64,000 nucleotides of DNA from Nitrososphaerota archaeon (GCA_038741355.1 JAVYLC010000001.1:9119-73118), one strand, 5' to 3'; shown: positions 1-10,869, numbered from the stretch's first letter. The notes: a model not told the origin generated them from the sequence alone. A program made the numbers and translations.

Positions 1-32
1 GAGCTGGGCGAGCATATGTTATCTCGGAGCCG

Positions 33-1610
33 ATGGCTGAGGATATCGTGGAGAGCCCTGCACCAGCCCCCACAACCACTCCTAAGGTCGAGATGCGCGG
101 CATAGTGAAGCGCTTTCCCGGAGTCGTGGCCAACGATAAGGTAGACTTCATGATCTATGCAGGCGAGATTCACGCCTTGCTCGGAGAGAACGGGGCTGGG
201 AAGACAACCCTGATGAATATTCTATACGGCATCTATACCCCCGACGCTGGCGACATCAGAGTTAGGGGAGTCCCGGTTAGGCTGAGGAGCCCCCGCGACG
301 CCATCAGGCTCGGGATAGGTATGGTCCACCAAGACTTCAGGCTCATAGAGGCCCACACAATCGTAGAGAATGTCTTTCTCAACTATGATGGGCTGGGTTT
401 CATCCCGAAGTGGTCGGCCCTCGAATCCAGGCTCGAGGAGATAGCGTCAAACTATGGCTGGCGGCTGAACCCTAGGGCCAGGGTGGGCGACCTCTCGCCC
501 GGTGAGAAGCAGCAGGTTGAGCTCCTCAAACTCCTCGTAAGGGGTGCGGATATCCTTCTCCTCGATGAGCCGACCAGCGTCCTAACCCCCATCGAGACAA
601 AGATGCTCTTCAAGACGATGAGGAGGATGGCTGAGGAGGGGAAGAGTATCGTCCTCATAACGCATAAGCTGAGCGAGGCGATGAGCGTCAGCGACAGGGT
701 CACCGTGATGCGGCGAGGTAGAATCGTCCTCTCCAAGCCGACCCGGGAGGCCACTATCGATGAGTTGTCGACGGCGATGGTTGGAGCCCAGCTTATCGGC
801 AATGCGGGCTTGGAGGAGAGGCCCGCCGCGCCGGCTGATGGTGCCCCTACGCTACAGGTCTCCGCCCTCTCAGTGATGGGTGACGAGGGCGTCCTCGCGG
901 TGAGAGACGCTGATCTAACTGTTGATCGTGGGGAAGTTGTCGGGGTTGCTGGTGTGAGTGGTAATGGCCAGATAGAGCTTGTCGAGGCGATAGCCGGACT
1001 CAGGAAGCCGGTCCGCGGCAAGATTGTTTTCAAAGGCGTAGATGTGACAGGTGCATCTCCTAGGAGGCTGATGGAGCTCGGCCTAACCTACATTCCTCCG
1101 GAAGGTAAGAAGTGGGGGATCGTCCCTGAGCTAAGCATCTACGAGAATGTGGCACTACGCGTTGCGAGGTATGAGCCCTATTCGAGGCTGGGCGTGATAA
1201 ACTGGAAGAGGGTTGCTGAGGTGGCGGAGAAGGTTGTCTCAGAGTTCAGGGTAGACACTGCCTCCATAAAGAATAGGGCTGGGTCGCTCTCGGGTGGGAA
1301 TGTCCAGAGACTCATACTTGGCAGAGAGCTCACGACCTCAAAGCCCTCGCTACTGGTGGCCGCCTACCCCACCAAGGGGCTTGACATAGCCGCCTCCGAA
1401 CAGGTAAGGAGGATACTTTTAAGATTGAGATCAGAAGGTGTTGGCGTCCTAGTGTTGAGTGAGGACTTGGACGAGATTCTTGAGCTGAGCGACAGGATTG
1501 TTGTTATGTACGGTGGCAGGGTTGTGGGTGTGGTTAGGCGGGGCGAGGCTACCCCGGAGCTCCTCGGAGTCATGATGTCGAGGGGTGTGGCTGCAAGTGC
1601 TTCGGCGTAG
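33..1610 (+). CDS. ABC transporter ATP-binding protein with two fused ATPase cassettes (BMP/nucleoside-sugar uptake type)
   Basis: 525-aa ORF; Walker A GENGAGKTT, signature LSPGEKQ, second cassette with LSGGNVQR; followed by two permease genes. Confidence 0.85.
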   Translation: MAEDIVESPAPAPTTTPKVEMRGIVKRFPGVVANDKVDFMIYAGEIHALLGENGAGKTTLMNILYGIYTPDAGDIRVRGVPVRLRSPRDAIRLGIGMVHQDFRLIEAHTIVENVFLNYDGLGFIPKWSALESRLEEIASNYGWRLNPRARVGDLSPGEKQQVELLKLLVRGADILLLDEPTSVLTPIETKMLFKTMRRMAEEGKSIVLITHKLSEAMSVSDRVTVMRRGRIVLSKPTREATIDELSTAMVGAQLIGNAGLEERPAAPADGAPTLQVSALSVMGDEGVLAVRDADLTVDRGEVVGVAGVSGNGQIELVEAIAGLRKPVRGKIVFKGVDVTGASPRRLMELGLTYIPPEGKKWGIVPELSIYENVALRVARYEPYSRLGVINWKRVAEVAEKVVSEFRVDTASIKNRAGSLSGGNVQRLILGRELTTSKPSLLVAAYPTKGLDIAASEQVRRILLRLRSEGVGVLVLSEDLDEILELSDRIVVMYGGRVVGVVRRGEATPELLGVMMSRGVAASASA

Positions 1611-2718
1611 CCTCCCCGGCGGCCTCAGGCTCTCCTTGAGGGTTGAGAGGAGGCCTGAAGTAACCCCGCGCTACTCGATAATCATCTCTCTTGGGATGCT
1701 GCTCCTCGCCTTCCTAGCCTCTGGGCTCATCTTCCAGTTCCTAGGCTTCAGCGCGCTCCACATCTACAGGTCCTTCTTCACAGCCCTTCTGAGCCCAATA
1801 ATGCTTGAGGAGGTTTTCAGGAGGTCGGCCCCTATAATCCTAGCGGCTATAGGTCTGTGCTACTCGTATCGGATGGGTTTCTGGAACATAGGCGCTGAGG
1901 GGCAGCTATACATGGGGATGATAGCCGCTACCGGTATTGTCGTCCTGCACAGCGCCGGATACGGCCTTGGAGAGCAGCTCCTACTCCCTGCCGTGGTCGC
2001 GGCCTCTATGGTGGCTGGAGGCGCGTGGGGCCTTATCCCGGCAATCCTTAAGGTCAGATTCGGCGCCAACGAGATAATAACAACCCTGATGCTGAACTAC
2101 ACAGCAATACTACTCGCGGACTTTCTAGTCCATGGCGCTTGGAAGGACCCTGCGGGGTATGGGTTTGCCCAGACTGTCCAGTTCCCAGCGGCCTCCAGGA
2201 TATCGATCCCAGGCCTCCCAGACGCAGTAGCATATTTGGTCGTAGCACTGGCGGTGACAGTCCTGACGTTCCTAATCTTCAAGTTCACGGTCTTCGGGTT
2301 TGAGTCTAAGATAGTGGGCCTCAACATCTACGCCTCGAGGTATGCGGGGCTAAGCATAAGCTCAATCCTGATTAGAGGTGTCTTCATCAGCGGAGTCTTG
2401 GCCGGCTTGGCCGGACTGATCGTTGTCAGCGGGTTGATAGGTAGGCTTAGGCCGGGAGCCTCCCCGGGCTACGGCTACCACGCAATAATCGCATCCATGC
2501 TGGGCGGCCTCTACCCGCCCGCGGTATTCTTCTCATCAATCCTCTTCGGAATGCTCGTGACGGGTGGCGACCTCCTCCAGGCAAGCCTCCAGATGCCCAA
2601 GTCGGGCGTGGAGATTATAATGGCGATGATCTTCCTAGCCACCATTGTCGCCGAGTTTGTGAAGAGGCATCGGCTCACCATAATTGTTGGGGGTAGAGGT
2701 GCGGGGACATGGCCTTAG
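1585..2718 (+). CDS. ABC transporter permease (first of two)
   Basis: 377-aa polytopic hydrophobic ORF overlapping the ATPase stop; operon context. Start uncertain (GTG 1585). Confidence 0.75.
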   Translation: MWLQVLRRSLPGGLRLSLRVERRPEVTPRYSIIISLGMLLLAFLASGLIFQFLGFSALHIYRSFFTALLSPIMLEEVFRRSAPIILAAIGLCYSYRMGFWNIGAEGQLYMGMIAATGIVVLHSAGYGLGEQLLLPAVVAASMVAGGAWGLIPAILKVRFGANEIITTLMLNYTAILLADFLVHGAWKDPAGYGFAQTVQFPAASRISIPGLPDAVAYLVVALAVTVLTFLIFKFTVFGFESKIVGLNIYASRYAGLSISSILIRGVFISGVLAGLAGLIVVSGLIGRLRPGASPGYGYHAIIASMLGGLYPPAVFFSSILFGMLVTGGDLLQASLQMPKSGVEIIMAMIFLATIVAEFVKRHRLTIIVGGRGAGTWP

Positions 2719-3695
2719 AGTCTCTATCCTTCATTGAGGCGATATTGACTAGCGCTGTGTCAGCGGGTACAATCTATCTCATAGCCTCTGTGGGCGAGTG
2801 CGTGACGGAGAGGGCCGGAGTGATTAACCTCGGCATCGAGGGTATAATGGCGATGGGGGCGATAACGTCCTTCATCCTCACGCTCGCCTACGGCCACTTG
2901 GCAGCAATCTTGGCTGCCGCACTGGTGGGTGCGGTCTTCGGCCTCCTCCACGCCTTCCTATCGGTCTCACTTAGGCTGAACCAGATCGTGGTAGGCTTGG
3001 CCATAACCTGGCTAGGCCTCGGGCTGAGCGCCTTCATGGGCGCGCCGGAGGTGGCTAGGGAGCTGTTGAAGGCCTTAAACCCCGCTGTGCCCGAGTATCT
3101 GGCGGAGCTTAAACAGGCCCCCCGGCTACCCGAGGCCAGGGCGGGGTTCCTGGCAGGTATTCCAATTCTGGGTAGGGCCCTCTTCTCCCAGAACGCCCTA
3201 GTCTACGCGGGGCTCGTCTCGGCCCTGCTGCTCTGGTTCATCCTCTTCAGGACTAGGTGGGGGTTATCGCTCCGGAGCGTGGGCGAGAATCCAGCCCTAG
3301 CCGATACCGCCGGAGTAAACGTCTTCGCAGTCAGATACCTCGCAGTGGTTTTTGGCTCAGCCCTAGCGGGCGTGGCAGGCGCATACCTCTTCATCGGCTA
3401 CCAGCCCTTCTGGGTCGAGAACCTAACCAGGAGCCGCGGATTCATAGCCCTCAGCCTCGTAATCCTCTCCTCCTGGAGCCCCCTCAGAGCCATAGCCGCC
3501 TCCTTCCTCTTCGGCGGCGTCGAGAGCCTCCAGTTCCGCATACCGCTCCGCGGCTTCGGCGCTGAGACGCCTCAGCTCATAATGATGCTCCCCTACATCA
3601 TAACAATAGTGACGCTGGTATTGATCTCTCTGGCCAGCAGGGGGCGGATCCCGGCGCCTGCAGCCCTCGGAAAGCCCTACTCTAGGGAGGAATAA
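2709..3695 (+). CDS. ABC transporter permease (second of two)
   Basis: 328-aa polytopic ORF, 10-nt overlap with preceding permease. Confidence 0.75.
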   Translation: MALESLSFIEAILTSAVSAGTIYLIASVGECVTERAGVINLGIEGIMAMGAITSFILTLAYGHLAAILAAALVGAVFGLLHAFLSVSLRLNQIVVGLAITWLGLGLSAFMGAPEVARELLKALNPAVPEYLAELKQAPRLPEARAGFLAGIPILGRALFSQNALVYAGLVSALLLWFILFRTRWGLSLRSVGENPALADTAGVNVFAVRYLAVVFGSALAGVAGAYLFIGYQPFWVENLTRSRGFIALSLVILSSWSPLRAIAASFLFGGVESLQFRIPLRGFGAETPQLIMMLPYIITIVTLVLISLASRGRIPAPAALGKPYSREE

Positions 3696-4854
3696 GATTA
3701 AGCCCCTTCTTAGCCCTCCACACGGCCGCCAGCGGAATCAGTGAGAGTAGGCCGATTATCGATAGGACTGTGTATCCGGTAGTGAAGCCACCCACATCTA
3801 TCATGTAGCCTACTACGGGTGTTAGGAGTCCGCCGCCACCCAGTGCAACCCCGTATATCACACTGGTGGCCAGGCCCTTATGGCCCGGCATAATCTCATG
3901 CATAATCAGGATCAGGAGGGTGTGGAGGGATATGAAGCAGGCGCCCATGACTGCAGATGCAAGAACCATGCCGCTTGGATCGAGGAGTGGGAGGGCGGCT
4001 AGGAGAGGGGAGGCTAGGCCCAGCAACGCGATCGAGACCGCGTACCTGCCCTTAAGGTCGGATAAGTAGCTGGTCAAGGGGACGCCGACTATTGCCCCGA
4101 CGAAATGAACCGTCAGGAGGAGGCCGCCGAACCCCTGTCCAAGACCCTTCGCGACGGCTAAGAATGAGATGAAGCTGACGACCCCGTTAGCTGCTATCTG
4201 CGCGCCTATGCCAGTGAGCCCAACGAGCGCTGTGAGGACCAGAACCTTACTTCTAGCCAGGGATACTGTCTCGCGACCGCGCCCGTCCAAGAATGCGCCA
4301 TTAGGCCTAGCCCCCTCATACTCCCCAATCCTGATGACGAAGTATAGGATGAGTAGTGCTGGTAAAGCAAATACTGCTAGGCCATAGAGACCCCACTCAA
4401 CTGTCGCGCTCAGGGCTAGGAAGGGGGCCACGGCCGCCCCAATCCTGCCGGCTATCATGAACATGGAGAAGAGGAGGCCCCGTCTCTCGGAGCTGTATGA
4501 TGAGTAGGCAGATGCTACTGGGTGGAATATTGCTGAGCCTGTCCCAGCAACAGCGACGCAGAGGAGGGAGGCCTCAAACCCTGTGGCGAACCCGACCGCT
4601 CCTATGCCAGCGCCCCCCAAGACGAGTGATAGTGGGAGCATGAACCCACACCTATACTTGTCGAAGACGTATCCGAATATGGGCTGGAGGAGGGCGCTTG
4701 AGAAGAGGTAGGCCGCGGTGTAGAGCCCTGCAGAAGCATAAGTCAGGCTATAGATTCCCGCCAATAATGGATAGAGCGGTGGGAGGACACTCCCATACAA
4801 GTCGTTGACGAAGTGGCCCAGCGAGAGAATAGCGAGCTGCCTCCCCCTACCCAT
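3682..4854 (-). CDS. MFS transporter
   Basis: About 12 hydrophobic segments, GHFVNDLY and MFS-like loop motifs; ATG at 4854 preferred over the ORF-track start at 4884. Confidence 0.7.
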   Translation of the reverse strand: MGRGRQLAILSLGHFVNDLYGSVLPPLYPLLAGIYSLTYASAGLYTAAYLFSSALLQPIFGYVFDKYRCGFMLPLSLVLGGAGIGAVGFATGFEASLLCVAVAGTGSAIFHPVASAYSSYSSERRGLLFSMFMIAGRIGAAVAPFLALSATVEWGLYGLAVFALPALLILYFVIRIGEYEGARPNGAFLDGRGRETVSLARSKVLVLTALVGLTGIGAQIAANGVVSFISFLAVAKGLGQGFGGLLLTVHFVGAIVGVPLTSYLSDLKGRYAVSIALLGLASPLLAALPLLDPSGMVLASAVMGACFISLHTLLILIMHEIMPGHKGLATSVIYGVALGGGGLLTPVVGYMIDVGGFTTGYTVLSIIGLLSLIPLAAVWRAKKGLNLIPP

Positions 4855-4928
4855 GCCGTTTAGCCTCAATACAATGAGATTCACATTTAAACATTGTTTA
4901 ACTCTTGGCCCGGACTAACAGGTCTCCA

Positions 4929-5276
4929 CTAGTTGCTCCTTAAACGACCTTGAATCTTGGCAGGAATAGTCGCGGAGTGGAGCTTAGGAATCAAGAGAAT
5001 GATTCCCCAGAAGGCGGCGATAGACACAGTTATCAGACCCCCAGTAAACAGCATCTCATCTATGAGGGGGTATAGTCCGGCCGCCGGGCTCCAGCCTGTC
5101 AGGAATGGCGGCCAAGGCACCAGCTCCCCGTTGACAACATGGTCTGCCATAAGACCAACGGCTCCACCCCACATCAGTAGATTGAGAGGCCCAACCCTCC
5201 TCCCCCAGCTCGGAGCAACCCTTTCAAGCATGCTCAACAGAATTGCTACAACCAGAGGTGTGATGAAGCATGCCAA
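4929..5276 (-). CDS. small hypothetical membrane protein
   Basis: 115-aa ORF with 3 hydrophobic segments; the overlapping + strand ORF reads like antisense. Confidence 0.35.
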   Translation of the reverse strand: MACFITPLVVAILLSMLERVAPSWGRRVGPLNLLMWGGAVGLMADHVVNGELVPWPPFLTGWSPAAGLYPLIDEMLFTGGLITVSIAAFWGIILLIPKLHSATIPAKIQGRLRSN

Positions 5277-5480
5277 ACACCCTCACCAAGCCTACATCCC
5301 CTAAGATGCTATTAAACTGGATGACAATCATGCACACTTTTTCACGCCAATGCATGAACCCTGAATAGGATATAATTTGGCTAAATTCTCGAATGCTAAT
5401 CAACCCAGGTTATGACCAGCGTAGCCTTTCCTAGCTTTTAATGGTGAACGCCTTATAGCCCCCGCGCCCGGTTGATATCC

Positions 5481-6245
5481 ATGCCGCGGAGACCAGCCTC
5501 CCCTTTCAAGAGGTCCTACAGGCTCCGAATAGGCTACGAGGGCGAATACTATCTGATGAAGAAGTTCACAACCCTCAACAAGCCCGGCTACTATGCAGTG
5601 AGGACGCCGGGAAGTGGGACAGGGAAGACATACAAGCCCGACCTACTAGTCGTCGAGGACGGGGAGCTCTACGCCATAGAGGTGAAATCCACCAACAGGG
5701 CCTCAATATATGTCAGGCCTGACCAGCTCGAGAGGCTGCTCAAATTCACAGAACTCTTCAGGATCAGATGCCCCCACTGCGGAGGAGAGTTCAACCCCAA
5801 ACCAGTCCTCGCAGTCAGGTTTCTGGGGAGGGGCTGGCTCTTCCGTGAAGTGGACTCCGGGGGAGTTGTCCAAGTCTCGCTAGAAGGTGCCGGGGCATCC
5901 GGCCGGGATAAAGCTATACGAGACCCAGCCGAAGTGGATGATTATGCTTCTAGAAAGGAGGCGGGCACTAGTAGCGGGGGCCACGAGCGAGATAGGCCAA
6001 GAAACCGCGAGGGTCTTCACAGAACACGGGGCGAGGGTAGCGTTGGTGGCGAGGCGCGCAAGCCTGTTGAAGAGGCTGGCGTCGGAGATAAAGTCGCGGG
6101 GAGGCGAGGCAATACCTATTCCAGCCGACCTAGCCAGGCCGGGCGAGGCGGCCAAGGTGGTGGAGGCTGCGGCACAAAAACTGGGTGGGCTCGACATACT
6201 GGTCAGCTACGTGGGCGCAAGACTAGATCCAGCAACATGGTATAA
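5481..6245 (+). CDS. hjc: Holliday junction resolvase Hjc, reading frame runs on about 120 codons past the expected end
   Basis: GYEGEYYLMKKF..RTPGSGTGK..PDLLVVEDGELYAIEVKS matches the archaeal Hjc E..SG..D..EVK nuclease core; the tail after about residue 130 is R/G-rich alternate-frame read-through of the SDR gene. Confidence 0.7.
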   Translation: MPRRPASPFKRSYRLRIGYEGEYYLMKKFTTLNKPGYYAVRTPGSGTGKTYKPDLLVVEDGELYAIEVKSTNRASIYVRPDQLERLLKFTELFRIRCPHCGGEFNPKPVLAVRFLGRGWLFREVDSGGVVQVSLEGAGASGRDKAIRDPAEVDDYASRKEAGTSSGGHERDRPRNREGLHRTRGEGSVGGEARKPVEEAGVGDKVAGRRGNTYSSRPSQAGRGGQGGGGCGTKTGWARHTGQLRGRKTRSSNMV

Positions 6246-6705
6246 GACCATCGACAAAGTAGACGTCAACACTGTGAGAGAGATAATGGACGCAGACTTC
6301 TTCACCGCTCTAAGCCTAGCCCGGGCGGCCATACCGATAATGAGTAGGCGAGGAGGGGTAATGATCTTCACAACCTCCACACCCGCCATAACATGGTACA
6401 GTTATGGGGCCGCCTACTCCCTAGCCAAGCTCACATTGATCGGGCTTATGAAGTCGATAGCAGCAGAATACGACAGACTCAGAATAAGGGCGTACGCCCT
6501 AGCGCTCGGAAACATAAAGACCAGCGCGACCTATGCACGGCTCAAACCGTCAGAGAGGAGGCGGCTCGCCCAAGAGTCTCCGATGAAGAGGTGGGGGGAG
6601 CCGCGAGAAGTGGCAACCGTAGCTCTCGCACTCGCCTCAGACCTCTTCAGCTACGTGAACGGGCAGGTGATAGTGGTGGACGGTGGAACCGTGATGCTCA
6701 GCTAA
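5938..6705 (+). CDS. short-chain dehydrogenase/reductase (SDR)
   Basis: N-terminal [11 protein letters not shown] Rossmann motif, YSLAKL (YxxxK) active-site motif; ATG 5938 chosen. Confidence 0.8.
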   Translation: MIMLLERRRALVAGATSEIGQETARVFTEHGARVALVARRASLLKRLASEIKSRGGEAIPIPADLARPGEAAKVVEAAAQKLGGLDILVSYVGARLDPATWYKTIDKVDVNTVREIMDADFFTALSLARAAIPIMSRRGGVMIFTTSTPAITWYSYGAAYSLAKLTLIGLMKSIAAEYDRLRIRAYALALGNIKTSATYARLKPSERRRLAQESPMKRWGEPREVATVALALASDLFSYVNGQVIVVDGGTVMLS

Positions 6706-7171
6706 TCTTCTCTAGTGCAGCCTCTACCTCCCTGTAGTCCGGCTCCTTGGCGGGGTCCTCAGAAATCCAAGCATACCTCACTACACCATCCTTATCGATT
6801 ATGAAGACCGACCTCTTAGCCACCGAGTACCCCCTCATCCCGAGGAAGTCCTCATGCACCCCGCCATACTTCTTAGCAACCTCTCTAGTATAGTCTGAAA
6901 GAAGTGTGAAGCCAAGCCTATTATGCTCCGCGAAAGCCTTTAGGGTAAACGGGTCGTTAACACTTATTCCAAGCACCACAGCGTTGAGGCTTGATAGCTT
7001 GGAGAGGCTGTCCCGGAATGTGCACATCTCCCTAGTGCAGACCGAGGTGAAGGCGCCTGGGAAGAAGGCTAAAACAACCTTCTTTCCGCGGTAGTCAGAG
7101 AGCCTCCTGACACTCCTGTCCTGGTCATACAGTGTGAAATCCGGTGCTCTATCCCCTATTTTGACTGGCAT
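6698..7171 (-). CDS. peroxiredoxin (AhpC/TSA-Bcp type)
   Basis: 157 aa; [13 protein letters not shown] peroxidatic-Cys motif. Confidence 0.8.
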   Translation of the reverse strand: MPVKIGDRAPDFTLYDQDRSVRRLSDYRGKKVVLAFFPGAFTSVCTREMCTFRDSLSKLSSLNAVVLGISVNDPFTLKAFAEHNRLGFTLLSDYTREVAKKYGGVHEDFLGMRGYSVAKRSVFIIDKDGVVRYAWISEDPAKEPDYREVEAALEKIS

Positions 7172-7304
7172 GCCTCAACCCCTCTCCACAAAGCATAATT
7201 TCTATTTATCCACCCTACTCGCCCTTAACAAAATGGAGCATCGAGAAGCCGGATACTCGTATTATGGTATATATGTGAGTGCATATCTTTAGAGCCGAAG
7301 CGCC

Positions 7305-7601
7305 TTGAATGTAAGAATACATCTACTCAATAGTGCCTTGCTGGCCATATCGATGCTGCCTGTCGTATTCGCTGTTGAGGTAACGTCCGACATATTTAGT
7401 AAGGTCTTCGCCGCCGCCATAGCCTTCAGCGCAGCAGTCCTTGCATCCGGCTTCGCGATATCCCGCGCAGGCTCGGCCGGGCTCGCGGCATCTGCCGAGA
7501 GGCCCGAAGTCAGAACGGTGGCCATAATCATTGCCGCTTTCGGAGAGGCACTAGCCATCTACGGAATAGCCATCGCATTCTTCATACTCGGAGCATCATA
7601 G
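7305..7601 (+). CDS. atpK: A-type ATP synthase proteolipid subunit K (c)
   Basis: Two-helix hairpin protein, GLAASAERPE loop and ion-binding Glu in FGEALAIYG; TATA-like tatatatg about 30 nt upstream; no other atp genes adjacent. Confidence 0.7.
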   Translation: MNVRIHLLNSALLAISMLPVVFAVEVTSDIFSKVFAAAIAFSAAVLASGFAISRAGSAGLAASAERPEVRTVAIIIAAFGEALAIYGIAIAFFILGAS

Positions 7602-7900
7602 ACACGCCCAAACACATCGATAGCATCGTCGATATACGTATTTTTCGACACCAGAAACAACCCACAACAATGGGGATATCTAACTCTACATTACAAGCCA
7701 CTTGACACGATGTAGGCTCTTTGGGATTAAATGAAGCTGTTGCGATATGGTGTCCATGAGCGGCGCCTCTTAGGCCTCAACAATGGAATAATTATGCAAG
7801 ACAAAAAAATAGTGTGTGGGAGATATAATATATATTCGAATAAATGTGAATATGTTTCACAAAACTTATATAAAAAGGTTATTATGCCCGGAATAATTTC

Positions 7901-9485
7901 ATGGTCGGTGTGGCAGCTGCTGACAATGTTTCTGTTTTGATGCCCATCAGTATGCTTGGAATCTACCTGCACGCGGTATTCATAACCGTGACGCTGGGCT
8001 TTCCCTTCGTAATTTCGGCATTACTGTATAAATGGAGCAGGACTAGTGATAATGACTACTACACGACGGCACGTATTGCTACGGGTGTTTTAGCTGTCAA
8101 CTTCGCGCTCGGCGCTATTACCGGTACGTTGGTAGAGTTTGGTCTTGTTCAGGCATGGCCAGGCACCATCTATGCCATAGCAACCGTCGCCTTTACACCT
8201 CTCGTACTAGAGTTGGTTGCTTTTGTCGGCGAAATCGTTTTCCTCATAGCCTTTATCGTGACACTGAGATGGGTGAGAGTGTGGGTCAGCATCGGTTTGA
8301 TGGCTGGATATTTCGTTTTTGCGGCCTTTTCTGGAATGTTGATAACCATGGTTAACAGTTGGCTGAACGTCCCGTGGGGGGACTGGAGCGCTGGCCTCCG
8401 TCTTATACCCCTTCCTCCCTGAATACGGCCCGGCTGTATTCCAAATACCCGTCCTCGTGACGGTTAAGCTAGCTCTGGTCGATAACCTCCTCACAGTAGG
8501 CACAGCCTCGCAGATTTTGCAAAACCCCGCGGTCGCCAAGGCCGTCGGCATCTCACTAAACGACCCGTACATAGCCCTCTCATCCCCATACGCTCTTGCA
8601 AGTGTCCTCCATAACGTAACCGCGGCCGTCATTATAGGCATAGCCCTAGCAGCTGCAGCGCTCGGATACAAACACTTCAAGACTGGAGATCCGAAATACG
8701 TTAAACTCCTCAAGTCTTTCATCCCCATTTTGCTTGTGCTACTCATTATCCAGCCGATTGTCTTTGGCGACAATATGGGAAAAGCCGTCGCGTCCTTCAT
8801 GCCTACGAAGTTTGCAATGATGGAGGGTGCCGAAACAACGATCCAAAATCCCATAGTCGCCTTTCTAGCTTACGGTGACCCTTCAAGACCAATATACGGG
8901 TTTGACGAGTTCCGGAGAGCATGTGAAAAACACAAGGATTTAACAATCGCCGATGTTGTACATGCAGTGGTTCCAGGCTATAAGCCAGGCCCCTCCGGGG
9001 ACATCAGATTGCTGGACCTCTGCCTCCAAGACCTTGCTAAAGCCGAGGCAAGACTGTCTGTGATAAACTCTGCATATTACACAAAAATAGCTGCAGGGGT
9101 CATGGCGCTCGTCTCTGTCGTGGCGTTATCGGGATCCATCTATAACTTGGGACCTATTTCTAGAGTAGTCCGAGCTATAGAGAGAAGCTTAGGAGGGAAA
9201 AATCTGTTGTTCCTTCTAACTCTGCTGACCTTGCTAGGCTCAATCTTTGCCTCCGCCCTTGGCTGGTATGTGCGTGAAGTCGGGAGAAAACCTTGGACTG
9301 TATACGGTCTCCTCTACCCTGAGGAGCTTGTAACGCCAGTGGCTATTTCTACTCCTGTAATGGTGGCGTTTACTGTTATCTTCACGGCTACAGCTTTGGG
9401 AGGCATCTACGGAATCTATCTAGTCGCGGCTAGGCCGCTTGAGTTTGTTAAATTACTGAGGAGAGGGGCGGGTGTTGAGGAATGA
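7901..9485 (+). pseudogene. cydA: cytochrome bd quinol oxidase subunit I (CydA), frame broken once at a G6 run
   Basis: ORF 7901-8422 ends ..NSWLNVPWG then junk plus stop; the frame of ORF 8457-9485 is open back to the G-run 8376-8381 and reads TGALASVLYPFLPEYGPAVFQIPVLV..; C-terminal part has PTKFAMMEG and GWYVREVGRKPWTVYGLL CydA motifs. Confidence 0.75.
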
Positions 9486-10615
9486 ACGCTATAGAAATTT
9501 TCAGCTTCAATTTGCTAGGGTTGGCCACGTTGGTTCACATAGTCTTCGTCAACATCACAATAGGCACAGGCTGGATATCTGCGATGGCGCGGTTTTTAGC
9601 ATGGCGTCGAAACGATCCATCACTAGAAATTATGGCGAGACGTGTCTTCAAAATCCTTGTCATACACGAACTGTTCAGCGGTGTATGGGGGACGATCCTC
9701 ACCGTTATCCTTGCTGGGTTATTCCCAACCATCTTAGCCATCGCCACAGACACTCTCTTCTACCCTATCTTAATTGCATTATCTGCGATAATCATAAGAA
9801 TACCTAGTATAGCCTTGTTCTGGTATACGTGGGGCAAAGTAAAGCCCCCAGCCCATGTAGCCATCGGCTTCATAATGGGGGTTTCAGGCTTCATGGTTCC
9901 CATGGGCTTCAGATACATCTTCACAGAGATAACTTCTCCACATGGAGTCGCCCTAGCGCTGCAGGGTTCACCAGAAGTGGGGCGGATCCAAGTTTTATTC
10001 AACCCGCTTTACCCGCCCCTAATACTTCATACACTGGCTGGAGCTATGTCTGTAGGCGGATTCATAACGGCATCGTTCTTCACAATCAAGGGCAACACCT
10101 CACCCAAGTTCTTATGGATTGGTCTTTGGCACGGAGTTCTGTTCCTCGCACTACAGCCAATTTTCGGACTGTGGTATCTATCATCCCTCAGCGACAGGTC
10201 CCCCATACTATACAGTAACGTGGTTGGAGGGGCGCAAGCTACTTTTAACCTCCTACCGGTGTTCTCTGGTAAATTGGCGATCATCGCGCTACTAGCGGTA
10301 TTATCCCTTGTCGTCTGGAGACGTGTCAGGCGAGGAGTTGGAGAAGCCACCCGGCTAGCACTCGGTCTCGGCCCTCTAGCCATATTAGCAGTAATTCTCG
10401 GTGAATACATTAACGATGCTGGAAGAGCCCCATACCTTGTGCTGCTCGGAGAAAAAGGTTTGCCACCATCCGTCTTCTTAAACCTCTATATCGAGATACC
10501 CTCCACGCTTGTTTTCACTGTGCTAGGAATTCTAGTTGTCTTCCTCTTCGGCTTCATGATCACGGCCTACTATGCATTAAACAAACGCTTCCTCACCGAC
10601 TTACCAGAAGTCTAG
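9482..10615 (+). CDS. putative cytochrome bd oxidase subunit II (CydB-like)
   Basis: 377-aa polytopic ORF, 4-nt overlap with the cydA stop; assignment by position and topology only. Confidence 0.55.
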   Translation: MNAIEIFSFNLLGLATLVHIVFVNITIGTGWISAMARFLAWRRNDPSLEIMARRVFKILVIHELFSGVWGTILTVILAGLFPTILAIATDTLFYPILIALSAIIIRIPSIALFWYTWGKVKPPAHVAIGFIMGVSGFMVPMGFRYIFTEITSPHGVALALQGSPEVGRIQVLFNPLYPPLILHTLAGAMSVGGFITASFFTIKGNTSPKFLWIGLWHGVLFLALQPIFGLWYLSSLSDRSPILYSNVVGGAQATFNLLPVFSGKLAIIALLAVLSLVVWRRVRRGVGEATRLALGLGPLAILAVILGEYINDAGRAPYLVLLGEKGLPPSVFLNLYIEIPSTLVFTVLGILVVFLFGFMITAYYALNKRFLTDLPEV

Positions 10616-10869
10616 CGAAAACATCACTGGCTTAAAGATACATGGATAGGCCCCAAGGCACTGACAGCCCCTCATCTACATGCTATATCAGAAACCTATA
10701 TCAGAAACACCATCCAAACCCAACCTCTTGAAAGTCGGCTGGTTGGCTTATTTCACAGCGTCTAAGATATTTTCTCACAAGGTGTCGAGACCTAAAGGAT
10801 ATGGCCTCTCCTCCCCTTCTTTCTTTCATCAAAATCCAACCCTGCTTACGCCCACTATTATACGGATGA

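Noticed and set aside
7289-7558. 89-aa minus-strand ORF
   Set aside because: It is the mirror of the atpK proteolipid ORF. The plus strand gives the canonical c-subunit hairpin with the conserved Glu.
8207-8854. 215-aa minus-strand ORF
   Set aside because: It is antisense to cydA across the frameshift region. The plus strand carries clear CydA motifs.
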